This document shows, in pieces, positions 9,964-19,695 of a stretch of DNA of 64,000 nt. Below the pieces are notes generated by a model. It was not told the DNA's origin. It did no database searches and saw nothing but the letters and a program-made list of their open reading frames with translations. The position numbers and the translations under genes were made by a program. The stretch is taken from contig JBFLYH010000001.1 of NCBI GenBank assembly GCA_040756875.1, positions 480,001-544,000 on the forward strand. The letters are read 5' to 3'. This DNA comes from a candidate division FCPU426 bacterium. Its GTDB lineage: Bacteria > Oederibacteriota > JAAXVQ01 > JAUVAV01. The stretch's first letter is position 1, and every line of letters begins with the position of its first letter.

Positions 9964-11775
9964 ATGGGCGGGTTTGATTTCCGGCAATTGGATCCGCCGG
10001 ATCGTCCCGGCGTCTACCTGATGCGGGACATCCAGCGGCGGCTCCTGTACGTCGGCAAGGCGATATCCCTTCGCAAGCGTCTGGCCACTTATTTTCGTTC
10101 CCCGGAAAAAGCCGATCCCAAGACCCAGGCTTTGGTCGCCAAGATCGCCCATGTGGAAATCATGATGACTGACACCGAACTCGACGCCCTGCTGCTGGAA
10201 AACACCCTCATCAAGAAACATCGGCCGCGGTACAACGTTTTTCTCAAGGACGACAAGAGCTATCCGTACTTGAAAATGACGGTGCAGGATGCGCTGCCGC
10301 GCCTGCTGGCGACGCGGCGTCCGTTCGTGGACGAGGCCCGGTATTTCGGCCCGTTTCCGACCGGGTCCTTGGCCGCCACGGCCCGTTCGATTTCCCGCCA
10401 TTTTCGCCTGTGCCAGCGAAAACCCGGGCCCCTGCCGCGGCGCACCTGCCTGTATGACCAAATGGGGCAATGCGATGGCGCCTGCGTGGGGAGAATTTCA
10501 GCCGCGGAGTATGCCGCCAAGGTCAAGGCGGCCATCGGGTTTCTGGAAGGCGGGCCGGACGAGGTGACGCCCGAACTGGAGGCGCGGATGCGGGCTGCGG
10601 CCGAAGCGCGCGATTTCGAAGCGGCGGCGGGGTTGCGCGACCAGATCGCGGTTATCCGGCTGCTGCGGCACCAGCCGGTGGTCGCAACCCAGGACCGGAC
10701 CGACCGGGATGTGGTCGGGCTGGCCCGCTCCGGCGGTTCGGCCACCGTGGAGATTTTTCAGGTGCGCGGGGGAAACCTGGAGGGCCGGCGCCACTTCTAC
10801 CTGCAGGCCGCGGGCGCCCACGCCACGGCCGAGATTCTGGCCCAAGTGCTGGCGCAGTATTATTCCCAGCCCGTGACCATTCCGCCGGCCGTGGTGGTGC
10901 CCGAGAAACCCGAAGGCGCCGAGGTGACCGCGCGCTGGCTGAGTGGGTTGCGCGGGGGCCGGACCCGCCTGATCTACGGCCGCACCCCTGAAATCAAGCG
11001 CCTGCTCAAACTGGCGGAAACCAACGCCTGGCTGCATTTGAAGCACAGCTCGGCGGATGCCAACGCGGACGCTTCCGAGGAAAACCAGAAGCGTCTGGCC
11101 GATTTGGCGGCGCGCCTGGACCTGCCCGCGCCGCCCCGTCGCGTGGAAGCTTACGACATTTCCAATATCTCGGGGCAGGATGCCGTGGGGTCGCGCGTGG
11201 TGTTCAGCCAAGGCGAACCCGACAAAGCCGCCTACAGGCGCTATCGCATCCGCTCGGTCCGGGGGCCGAATGATTTCGCCATGCTGCAGGAGGTGCTGTT
11301 CCGCCGGCTGAAACGGTTGGCCGGGGAGGCGGACGCGGCGCCGGACCTGATCGTGGTGGACGGCGGCGCCGGCCAGCTGTCCGCGGCCCGCGAAGTGCTG
11401 CGCGAACTGAACTTGAGCCATCTGGCTGCCATCGGCCTGGCCAAGGAGAACGAGGAAATTTATCAATCCGGCCGCAAGGAGCCATTGCGCCTGCCGCGCT
11501 CCAGTCCGGCGCTGAAACTGTTGACCCGGTTGCGCGACGAAGCACACCGGTTTGCGATTGCGTACCACCGCCGGTTGCGCGGTAAACGCATGCAGTGGTC
11601 GCTGCTCAACCAAATACCCGGCCTGGGGCCTGAACGGCGGCGCCGGCTGCTGCGCTCCTTCGGCAGCGTGGAAGCCCTGTTGCAGGTCAGCGACGGGGAA
11701 GTGGCCCAAGCCGCCGGCGTCAGTCTGGAATTGGCCCGGAGCCTGCAGGATGCTCTGCGCCGGGCCCGGCGGTAA
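9964..11775 (+). CDS. uvrC: Excinuclease ABC subunit C
   Basis: GIY-YIG (GVYLM..LYVGKA), YDISN, VDGGAGQ, RDEAHRFA, HhH tail. Confidence 0.97.
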   Translation: MGGFDFRQLDPPDRPGVYLMRDIQRRLLYVGKAISLRKRLATYFRSPEKADPKTQALVAKIAHVEIMMTDTELDALLLENTLIKKHRPRYNVFLKDDKSYPYLKMTVQDALPRLLATRRPFVDEARYFGPFPTGSLAATARSISRHFRLCQRKPGPLPRRTCLYDQMGQCDGACVGRISAAEYAAKVKAAIGFLEGGPDEVTPELEARMRAAAEARDFEAAAGLRDQIAVIRLLRHQPVVATQDRTDRDVVGLARSGGSATVEIFQVRGGNLEGRRHFYLQAAGAHATAEILAQVLAQYYSQPVTIPPAVVVPEKPEGAEVTARWLSGLRGGRTRLIYGRTPEIKRLLKLAETNAWLHLKHSSADANADASEENQKRLADLAARLDLPAPPRRVEAYDISNISGQDAVGSRVVFSQGEPDKAAYRRYRIRSVRGPNDFAMLQEVLFRRLKRLAGEADAAPDLIVVDGGAGQLSAAREVLRELNLSHLAAIGLAKENEEIYQSGRKEPLRLPRSSPALKLLTRLRDEAHRFAIAYHRRLRGKRMQWSLLNQIPGLGPERRRRLLRSFGSVEALLQVSDGEVAQAAGVSLELARSLQDALRRARR

Positions 11776-11801
11776 TTTCCGGCGGGCAAGGCCGGGTGCC
11801 G

Positions 11802-11830
11802 TTGACAGTGCCGTATAATATCGTTAAAAT
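11802..11830 (+). promoter_or_regulatory. Sigma70-type promoter
   Basis: TTGACA (11802-11807), 17-bp spacer, TAAAAT (11825-11830). Confidence 0.7.
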
Positions 11831-11838
11831 ATACTGTT

Positions 11839-11958
11839 TTAACAGGCCGACGACTATAGTCGCTTGCGTTGCATAGAATACCCCATGAAAAATCAGAAAT
11901 TTTCATGGGGTAACAAGGTGCTAGCGGAACATATATTAATTTTTCAGCACCTTGTTAA
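11839..11958. mobile_element. MITE-like structured repeat, copy 2
   Basis: Bounded by TTAA at both ends; TAACAGG...CCTTGTTA ends; hairpin 11879-11891/11900-11912; about three-quarters identical by hand alignment to the reverse complement of 7689-7805. Confidence 0.72.
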
Positions 11959-11978
11959 ATACCGAAAGGAAATCCGCC

Positions 11979-13127
11979 GTGGCGAACCGCAGACGTTCCA
12001 CCTCAGCTTGGATCTTCATGGCCCGGGGAGCGCTGGCCGCTATCTGCCTGGCAGGGTGGTTGACCGTTGCCGGGGCCGAATCCGCTCCCGCGGGCACCAC
12101 ACCGCAGGCCTCCGCCCAGCCGGCCTTGTCCTCCTCGCCGGCTCCCAAGACCGCAGCCCGCAAGCAGGTGCCCCGCAAGTCTGCGGAGAAGAAAAACCCG
12201 TCGCCGGACCAGTTGCAAAAGCGCAGCTGGGATTTCCAGCACGTGAAGGCGGCGCAGATATCCAAGAATTGGAAATCCCACTCCGGCGAATGGGTGGTGG
12301 GTCCGGAACCCGAGCATCCGGGCAACCAGGTGCTGCGCCAAAAAACCGTAAAGCGCAACTACCAGATGCTGCTAAGCCAAAAAACCTACGCCAATTTCGA
12401 GTTTTCGGCCCGCCTGCGCACGGACAGCTATGAACAAAAGACCTCGAACTGGCAGATGGGCCTGATTTTCAGGATGGCTGACAACCGGCATTATTATAAA
12501 TTCCGGATCACCGCGGCCAACGTGGCCCTGCTGCGCTGCATGCCGCAGCCGGCGACGGTGATCCCGGACGCAGCCGGTGTGACGCCGGTGGTTTCTGCCA
12601 CCGGCCGCAGCGGGAAGCAGGACGAACAGATCGTGCTGATTCTTCCTTTTACCGGCAAAACGGACACCTGGTATACCCTGAGCGCCGCAGGTTACGGCGA
12701 GCGGCTGGTGCTGAAATTGGATGGCCGCGAACTGCGCATGCTGCAGGATTCGGGCATCGGCTGCGGCCGGATCGGCGTTTTTACCTACAAAACCAGAGCC
12801 ATGGCGGACGATTTTCGCTTGTTCTATTACCCGGCGCCGAGCCTCGATTCGGGCATCCAGGTTATCCGCAAGAATTTCTCGCCCCGCCAGGACCGGGAAG
12901 TGATGATTTACTTCGTCAATCCCTCGGCCGGGGAGCTGCAGGTGCAGGTGTTGGACGCCAAAGGCAAAACGTTCCAGCTTTTGACCCGGGGACCGCACAG
13001 CCCGGGGCTGAATTCAGTCACTTGGGACGCCCAAGGATTGCTGGGTGAATTTGCCAAACCCGGTTTATATACCATCCAGTTGACGGTTGGCGACAAGAAA
13101 TACCGCGATACCGTGCGGGTGAAATAA
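11979..13127 (+). CDS. Exported protein with DUF1080/LamG-like beta-sandwich and C-terminal FlgD-Ig/T9SS-CTD-like domain
   Basis: Signal peptide, P/A-rich linker, YANFEFSARLR..GLIFR..GRIGV pattern, C-terminal VTWDAQG...PGLYTIQL; GTG 11979 after AAAGGA. Confidence 0.6.
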   Translation: MANRRRSTSAWIFMARGALAAICLAGWLTVAGAESAPAGTTPQASAQPALSSSPAPKTAARKQVPRKSAEKKNPSPDQLQKRSWDFQHVKAAQISKNWKSHSGEWVVGPEPEHPGNQVLRQKTVKRNYQMLLSQKTYANFEFSARLRTDSYEQKTSNWQMGLIFRMADNRHYYKFRITAANVALLRCMPQPATVIPDAAGVTPVVSATGRSGKQDEQIVLILPFTGKTDTWYTLSAAGYGERLVLKLDGRELRMLQDSGIGCGRIGVFTYKTRAMADDFRLFYYPAPSLDSGIQVIRKNFSPRQDREVMIYFVNPSAGELQVQVLDAKGKTFQLLTRGPHSPGLNSVTWDAQGLLGEFAKPGLYTIQLTVGDKKYRDTVRVK

Positions 13128-13160
13128 ACCCTTGCCGCGGATAGAAAAGGAGCGTTGCTT

Positions 13161-15092
13161 ATGAGGAAATTCCGCCCCCTGCTGCTGTCGGTGCTCGCCG
13201 CCGGCCTGGCCTTGTTTTGCGCCGCGACGAATGCCGTTTCCGAACCGCGCCCGGAGGAGCGCCGGGCCGTGGAACCGGACAGCATCATTTCCACGTATCA
13301 AAAAGCCGTGGCCGCCGATCCCCGGGACGTGATTGCCGCCTTTAACTTGGGGCTGGCGTATTACCAGGCCGAACACTGGACCGAAGCCCGCGACGCCCTG
13401 GAGAAATGCCTGCGCACGAACACCGGGGACCAGGGCGCGCACGACCAGGTGGACGGATCGGCGAACCAGCTGCTGGGAATCATCTATTACTCGCATTTGC
13501 ACGACGACCGCCGGGCGGTTGAAGCCCTGCGCCGCAGTCTGAAGTGGCTGCCTAATGATCCGGACGTTTACTTTGCCCTGGGTTTGGCCAATTTGCGGCT
13601 CAAGGACAACCACGCCGCCCTGCAGTATTTCCAGGAAGCCCTGGCCAAAGGCCGGGAACGGGATCCGGAAGTGCACTACCAAATCGGGCGGGTTTATCTC
13701 GAACAGGGGAACGACAAAGAAGCGCTGGCGAGCCTGAACAAAGCTTTGGAGCTGAAGCCGGATTTTCAGCCCGCGCTGGAAACCCTGGGCCTGGTCTATC
13801 ACCGCCGGCAGGATGAGACGAACGCCATCCAGGTGCTGGAGCGGCTGACCAAACTGGATCCCGCGAATTTCAACGCCTATTACCTGCTGGGGCTCAATTA
13901 CTACCGCAAGAAAATGTATTCGGAGATGGTGGCCGCCTACAAACGGGCCGTGACCATCCAGCCCGACCTGGCCGATGCCTATTACAATCTGGGAATGGCC
14001 TACTATTACCAAACGCGCTATGATCTCGCCATCGAGTCCTTGAAGAAGGCCGTGACCCTCAACCCCAAGGACGCGGAGGCCTTCAATCTGCTGGGGCAGG
14101 CTAAATCCGCGGCAGTCGACTGGTGCATGCAGCAGAGCAGCTTGCACATCGCCCAGGAGGAATTTCCCCAGGCCATCGAGGAATTGCGGAAGGTCCTGGC
14201 CATCGATCCGAACCAGCACAAAGCCAAGGTGCTGCTCGAGGATCTGGAGCGCAAAGTAGCCGAGGAAGTCGGCGCCCATCTCAGACTGGCTGGCAAGTTC
14301 TCCCAAGAAGGCCGCCTGGAGGACGCCTACAACGAATACGAGCAGGCGGTCAAATTCGATCCCACCTCCGAGGCGGCGCAAACCGGCCTGAAGAAAACCA
14401 GGGCCCGCCTGTCCAACCTGCTGGCCCAACTCCTCCAGAAGGGCCGCGCCGAGGAGAAACGGGGGAATTACCTGGAAGCCAGGAAGTATTACCGGTCGAT
14501 TCTGGAGAACAGACAGAAAGACCCCGAGGCCACCAAGGCCCTGAAAAGTCTCGAGGATACTGTGCAGTTGCGTCTGAAGCGCTGGTGGACCGAAGCCAAA
14601 ACCCACACCGAAGCCGGACGCTTGCGCGAGGCCGCGGCGGTATACCGCCAGCTCGGCAGCCTGGCCGAATCTTTCGGCGATGACGAGTGGCAGGAAAAGG
14701 CCTTTGCCGGCCTCAACCAGGTCAATGAGCGCCAAGCCCAGCTGGTGCAGAATTACCTTGCCGAGGGCAAGCAAGCCTATGAACAGAAGCAATTTTTAGC
14801 CGCGCAAAAAGCGTTCAACCAAGTACTGGCTTTGGATCCCCGCCAGCGCACGGCCAACGAATACGTGGAAAAAATGACGGGCTCAGTATCCCTGGAAAAA
14901 GTCAAATCGGACAAAATCAAGGAAATGTATTACAAAGGCGTGGATCATTACATCAAAGGCGAGATCAATGAGGCCATCAAAGCCTGGCAGGAAGTGCTGG
15001 CCCTGGACCCGGACAACGCGGACGCGAAAATCAATATCAGCCGGGCCCAGGTAAAACTCCAGGCGATTAAAAAGCTGACAGAAGGACGGTAG
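13161..15092 (+). CDS. Exported multi-TPR protein
   Basis: Signal peptide and many TPR repeats (FNLGLAYY, YYNLGMAYY, VLALDP). Confidence 0.85.
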   Translation: MRKFRPLLLSVLAAGLALFCAATNAVSEPRPEERRAVEPDSIISTYQKAVAADPRDVIAAFNLGLAYYQAEHWTEARDALEKCLRTNTGDQGAHDQVDGSANQLLGIIYYSHLHDDRRAVEALRRSLKWLPNDPDVYFALGLANLRLKDNHAALQYFQEALAKGRERDPEVHYQIGRVYLEQGNDKEALASLNKALELKPDFQPALETLGLVYHRRQDETNAIQVLERLTKLDPANFNAYYLLGLNYYRKKMYSEMVAAYKRAVTIQPDLADAYYNLGMAYYYQTRYDLAIESLKKAVTLNPKDAEAFNLLGQAKSAAVDWCMQQSSLHIAQEEFPQAIEELRKVLAIDPNQHKAKVLLEDLERKVAEEVGAHLRLAGKFSQEGRLEDAYNEYEQAVKFDPTSEAAQTGLKKTRARLSNLLAQLLQKGRAEEKRGNYLEARKYYRSILENRQKDPEATKALKSLEDTVQLRLKRWWTEAKTHTEAGRLREAAAVYRQLGSLAESFGDDEWQEKAFAGLNQVNERQAQLVQNYLAEGKQAYEQKQFLAAQKAFNQVLALDPRQRTANEYVEKMTGSVSLEKVKSDKIKEMYYKGVDHYIKGEINEAIKAWQEVLALDPDNADAKINISRAQVKLQAIKKLTEGR

Positions 15093-15093
15093 C

Positions 15094-17796
15094 ATGGAAA
15101 AAATCGAAACCCAGAAACAGACGGGCCCGGCCGCGGAGGCGGCTTTGCCCGCGCCCGAGGCGGAATTGTCCAGCCGGTATCAGCCCCAATTGATCGAGGA
15201 CGCCTGGTACCAGCGGTGGGAACGCGAAGGGCTGTTTACGGCCAATCCGGCTTCCGAGCAGCCGCCGTTTTCGATCGTCATTCCTCCGCCCAACGTGACC
15301 GGCTCGCTGCATATCGGGCATGCCCTCAACAACACGCTACAGGACATCCTCAGCCGTCAGCAGCGCATGCAGGGCAAGGACGTCCTGTGGGTGCCCGGAT
15401 GCGACCACGCCGGCATTGCCACGCAGAACGTGGTGGAGCGGGAATTGGCCAAGCAGAAGACCTCCCGCCATGATCTGGGCCGGGAAAAATTCATCGCCCG
15501 CGTCTGGGAATGGAAACAGCAATACGGCGGGACCATCATGCGCCAGCTCCGGCGTCTGGGGTCCTCGCTGGATTGGACGCGCGAGCGTTTCACCCTGGAT
15601 GACGGCCTGTCCGCCGCGGTCCGCGAGGTCTTCGTCCGCCTCTATGCCGAGGGCCTGATTTACCGGGGAGACTACATCATCAATTGGTGTCCGCGCTGCC
15701 AGACAGCCCTGTCTGACATCGAAACCGAGCACCAGGACACCTCGGGCCACTTCTGGCACATCTGCTATCCTTTCGCGGACGGCACGGGGAGCTTGGTCGT
15801 GGCCACGACCCGGCCCGAGACCTTGCTCGGAGACACGGCCGTGGCCGTCAATCCTCAAGATGAGCGCTACCGCCAGATGATCGGGAAAAAAATCATGCTG
15901 CCGTTGCAGCGCGTGGAAATCCCTGTGATTGCGGATGATTATGTGGACAAGGACTTCGGAAGCGGCGTGGTAAAAATCACCCCTGCCCATGATCTGAATG
16001 ATTTCCTGGTCATGCAACGGCATCCAGACGAAGTCGGGATTCGCAACGTGATGAATCCGGACGGCACCATGAATAAAAATGCCGGCCATAAATACGCGGG
16101 CCTGGATCGTTTTGAATGCCGCAAAGCCGTGCTGGCGGACCTGGAAGCAGAGGGGCTGCTGGTGAAGACCGAGGACCACCAGCACGCGGTCGGGCATTGC
16201 TACCGCTGCCACACCGTGGTCGAGCCCTACCTTTCGCGCCAGTGGTTCGTGAAGATGAAGCCCCTGGCCGAGCCGGCCATGGCCGCCGTGCGCGACGGCC
16301 GCATCCGCTTCACGCCCGAGTCCTGGACCAAGGTCTACCTGGACTGGATGGAAAACATCCGCGACTGGTGCATCTCCCGCCAGATCTGGTGGGGACACCG
16401 CATCCCGGCCTGGTATTGCCAGAATAAGGAGTGCCAGGAAGTGGTCGTGGTTAAGGAGGCACCGCCTGCCTGCCCCAAGTGCGGCGGCCGCGTGGAGCAG
16501 GATCCGGACGTGCTCGATACCTGGTTTTCCAGCGCTTTGTGGCCGTTTTCCACGCTCGGCTGGCCGGAAAGCACCCCTGAACTCCAACGCTACTATCCCA
16601 CCAGCGTGCTGGTCACTTCCTGGGACATCATCTTTTTCTGGGTGGCGCGCATGGCCATGATGGGCCTGAAATTCATGGGCGACGTGCCGTTCCGGGACGT
16701 GTGCATCAACTCCCTGGTCGGCGACGCGGAAGGCAAGAAAATGAGCAAGTCCAAGGGCAACACCGTCGACCCCCTGGACTTGATGGAGCACACCGGCGCG
16801 GACGGTCTGCGGTTCACCATGGCGCTTATCGAGACCCAAAGCCGTTACGTGGCCTTTACGCCGGACCGCCTGGAATCGTGCCGCAATTTCATGAACAAGA
16901 TCTGGAACGCCGCGCGGTTCGTCCTGATGAACCTGGACGCGGAAGTGTCCGTGGCGCCGCAGGGCCAACCGGATTTCGCGGATCAATGGATTTTGTCCCG
17001 TCTGGATGGCACGGTCGAACGCGTGCAAAACGCACTCGCGGTCTACCGTTTTTCTGAAGCGGCCCAGGCGTTGTATGATTTCGTCTGGCACGAGTTCTGC
17101 GATTGGTACCTGGAAGTGATCAAAGCCCGGTTGGCGGGCGACCCGGACATCCGGCGCTCGGCCCAATCCCATCTGCTGGCGGTATGGGACGAAACCCTCA
17201 GGCTGCTGCATCCCTTTCTGCCGTTCATCACCGAAGAAATTTGGTCGCACTTGCCCGGCAAACGGGATTTTCTCATGCGCGCAGCCTGGCCCGTACCCCA
17301 GGCCGGGAGGCGCAAACCGGAAGTGGAACAGGAGATGGGCCTGGTGATGGAGGTCATCTACGCCGTGCGCAACATTCGCGGCGAAATGAATGTCCCGCCC
17401 GCGGCCAGGGTGAAGCTGCTCATCCGGCCGACCGGAACGCAAGCCGGTTCCTTGGCGTCCCATGTGGGCGTGATCAAAGAGCTGGCCAAGGTTTCGGAAT
17501 TGGTCATCGATGCGTCTGCGGTCAAACCGCCCATGTCCGCGACGGCCGTGGCTGGCGGTCTGGAGCTGTTCATCCCCCTGGAAGGCCTCATCGACCTGGC
17601 CAAGGAGAGGGAACGGCTGGCTAAGGAAATCCGAACCTTGGAAGAATTGCTTACCAGGCAGGAGGCCAAACTGTCCAACGAGCAATTCATTTCCCGCGCA
17701 CCGGCCGAAGTGGTGGCCGCCGAACAAGCCAAGCGGGAAGATTACCGTCAACGACGCGAGCGGCTGCAACACAATTTGCAACAGCTTTCGGCCTGA
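15094..17796 (+). CDS. valS: Valine--tRNA ligase
   Basis: PPPNVTGSLHIGHA, DWCISRQIWWGH, KMSKS, C-terminal coiled coil. Confidence 0.98.
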   Translation: MEKIETQKQTGPAAEAALPAPEAELSSRYQPQLIEDAWYQRWEREGLFTANPASEQPPFSIVIPPPNVTGSLHIGHALNNTLQDILSRQQRMQGKDVLWVPGCDHAGIATQNVVERELAKQKTSRHDLGREKFIARVWEWKQQYGGTIMRQLRRLGSSLDWTRERFTLDDGLSAAVREVFVRLYAEGLIYRGDYIINWCPRCQTALSDIETEHQDTSGHFWHICYPFADGTGSLVVATTRPETLLGDTAVAVNPQDERYRQMIGKKIMLPLQRVEIPVIADDYVDKDFGSGVVKITPAHDLNDFLVMQRHPDEVGIRNVMNPDGTMNKNAGHKYAGLDRFECRKAVLADLEAEGLLVKTEDHQHAVGHCYRCHTVVEPYLSRQWFVKMKPLAEPAMAAVRDGRIRFTPESWTKVYLDWMENIRDWCISRQIWWGHRIPAWYCQNKECQEVVVVKEAPPACPKCGGRVEQDPDVLDTWFSSALWPFSTLGWPESTPELQRYYPTSVLVTSWDIIFFWVARMAMMGLKFMGDVPFRDVCINSLVGDAEGKKMSKSKGNTVDPLDLMEHTGADGLRFTMALIETQSRYVAFTPDRLESCRNFMNKIWNAARFVLMNLDAEVSVAPQGQPDFADQWILSRLDGTVERVQNALAVYRFSEAAQALYDFVWHEFCDWYLEVIKARLAGDPDIRRSAQSHLLAVWDETLRLLHPFLPFITEEIWSHLPGKRDFLMRAAWPVPQAGRRKPEVEQEMGLVMEVIYAVRNIRGEMNVPPAARVKLLIRPTGTQAGSLASHVGVIKELAKVSELVIDASAVKPPMSATAVAGGLELFIPLEGLIDLAKERERLAKEIRTLEELLTRQEAKLSNEQFISRAPAEVVAAEQAKREDYRQRRERLQHNLQQLSA

Positions 17797-17809
17797 AACG
17801 GGGATCACC

Positions 17810-18682
17810 ATGACGCCCAAACCACCCGCTGTTTCCGAAATCCGACGCGTGGTCCGGCAGGCCTTGCAGGAGGATGTCGGTCCGGGGGATTGTACCACGC
17901 GGGCGATCGTCCGTCCGGGCGACCGGCTGCAGGCCGTGGTTTACGCCCAGGCGCGCGGCGTGCTGGCCGGCGTGCCCATGGTCCGCGAGGTGTACCGGCA
18001 GCTGGACCGACGGGTTCGCGTCCAGGCTTTCAAGACCGACGGGTCGTCGGTCAAACCCGGCGACCGGCTCCTGCGGTTGCAGGGTCCTGCGGGCCCGATT
18101 TTGACCGGCGAGCGGACGGCGCTGAACTTCCTGGGCTGCCTCTCGGGCATCGCCACCCAGACCGCGACCTATGTCCGGGCTCTAAAGGGCACGGGCACGC
18201 AGGTGTGGGATACGCGCAAGACCGTTCCCGGCCTGCGGCAGTTTGCCAAATACGCGGTTCGGGCCGGCGGCGGCAACAACCATCGCCACGGGTTATACGA
18301 CGCCGTGCTGATCAAGGACAACCATGTGGCGCTGGCGCAAGGCATCAGGGAGGCGATCCGCCGCACCCGGAGGACACTGGGCAAGCGGGTGCCCATCGTG
18401 GTGGAAGCCGAAAATCTGGAGCAGGTCGGGGAAGCCCTGGCCGGCCGGGCCGACGTGATCCTGATCGACAATATGTCCGGCCACACGCTCGCCCGGGCCA
18501 TGCGTATGATCCGGGGGCGGGCCAAGACTGAAGTGTCCGGCGGACTGACGCTGCGCTCGGCAGTGGCCGCGGCCAAACTGGGAGCGGACCGGGTCAGTGT
18601 CGGCGCCCTGACCCATTCGGCGGCCTGGTTGCCGCTGCACCTGGAAGTGGAAACCACGCCGGCCTCCCGGGGCAGGGGCTAG
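17810..18682 (+). CDS. nadC: Nicotinate-nucleotide pyrophosphorylase (carboxylating)
   Basis: ERTALN, DTRKTVPGLR, LIKDNH, VGALTHSA. Confidence 0.96.
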   Translation: MTPKPPAVSEIRRVVRQALQEDVGPGDCTTRAIVRPGDRLQAVVYAQARGVLAGVPMVREVYRQLDRRVRVQAFKTDGSSVKPGDRLLRLQGPAGPILTGERTALNFLGCLSGIATQTATYVRALKGTGTQVWDTRKTVPGLRQFAKYAVRAGGGNNHRHGLYDAVLIKDNHVALAQGIREAIRRTRRTLGKRVPIVVEAENLEQVGEALAGRADVILIDNMSGHTLARAMRMIRGRAKTEVSGGLTLRSAVAAAKLGADRVSVGALTHSAAWLPLHLEVETTPASRGRG

Positions 18683-18688
18683 TTGGCG

Positions 18689-19690
18689 ATGGCCCAAGCC
18701 GCCCAGGTGTTGGAGTTGCTGCGCGCCCGGCCCGGTACGTATTTGTCCGGGGAGGAATTGTCGACGAAACTCGACGTTTCCCGGACTATGATCTGGAAAC
18801 ACATCCGGCAGCTGGAAGCGGCCGGATACGTCATCGAAGCGGTTCCGCATGTGGGTTACCGGCTGGTCACGGCCCCGGATCGCTTGTTGCCGGCGGAAAT
18901 TCTCGCGGGGCTCGCTACGAAACGGCTGGGCCGCAGCGTCATCAGTTTTCAGGAAACCACTTCCACCAACGACCGCGCGCTGGAACTGGCGGCCAGAAAC
19001 CAGCCGGAAGGGGTGGTGGTGACGGCCGAGCATCAAACCCGGGGCCGGGGGCGCCGCGAACGGGTCTGGCATTCCCGGCCCGGCCAGAATATACTGTTTA
19101 CGGTACTTTTCCGGCCGCCCTGGATCGCCGAGCAAGCGCCTCTGGTGACCCTGCTCATGGCCGTGGCCGTGGTGGAAGGCATTCACCGCACCACCGGCCT
19201 ATGGGCCCGGATCAAATGGCCGAACGACTTGCTGGTCGACGGCGCCAAGGTGGCGGGCATTCTTACCGAATCCCAGGCCCAGGCGGACCGGATCGCTTTC
19301 GCGGTCTGCGGCGTGGGCGTGAATGTGAACGAAGCGCCGCGCCAGCAGGTACGCTATCCGGCCGCGTCCTTGGCAGGCTTGCTGGGTCGGCCGCAACCGC
19401 GGGTGCCCCTTTTGCAGGAGATTCTGCTGGCCGCGGACGGCCTGTATGCCAAAGCGCTGAAAGAGGGGCCGCGCCCGATCATCGACGCCTGGCAGCGCCA
19501 TGCCCTGGCCATGGGTATGCACATCCAGGTCGATTTGCCGGACGGTTCGCAGATGACCGGAATGGGAATGGGCGTGGATGAAAGCGGTGCGTTGCTGGTC
19601 CGCCTGGAGAACGGTTTGACCCGCCGCCTGACCAGCGGAGAGGTGCGCGCCCTCCGGCCGTCGCGCGCGGAAACGCCTGAAACGGAGTAA
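18689..19690 (+). CDS. birA: Bifunctional biotin ligase / biotin operon repressor
   Basis: N-terminal HTH (SGEELS..VSRTMIWKHI), QTRGRGR, IKWPND, KVAGIL. Confidence 0.95.
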   Translation: MAQAAQVLELLRARPGTYLSGEELSTKLDVSRTMIWKHIRQLEAAGYVIEAVPHVGYRLVTAPDRLLPAEILAGLATKRLGRSVISFQETTSTNDRALELAARNQPEGVVVTAEHQTRGRGRRERVWHSRPGQNILFTVLFRPPWIAEQAPLVTLLMAVAVVEGIHRTTGLWARIKWPNDLLVDGAKVAGILTESQAQADRIAFAVCGVGVNVNEAPRQQVRYPAASLAGLLGRPQPRVPLLQEILLAADGLYAKALKEGPRPIIDAWQRHALAMGMHIQVDLPDGSQMTGMGMGVDESGALLVRLENGLTRRLTSGEVRALRPSRAETPETE

Positions 19691-19695
19691 AATAG

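Noticed and set aside
15337-17898. 853-aa minus-strand ORF (also 9028-10470, 10498-11709, 13065-14792, 7795-8904)
   Set aside because: Antisense shadows of valS, uvrB/uvrC and the TPR gene caused by high-GC codon bias; no recognisable motifs
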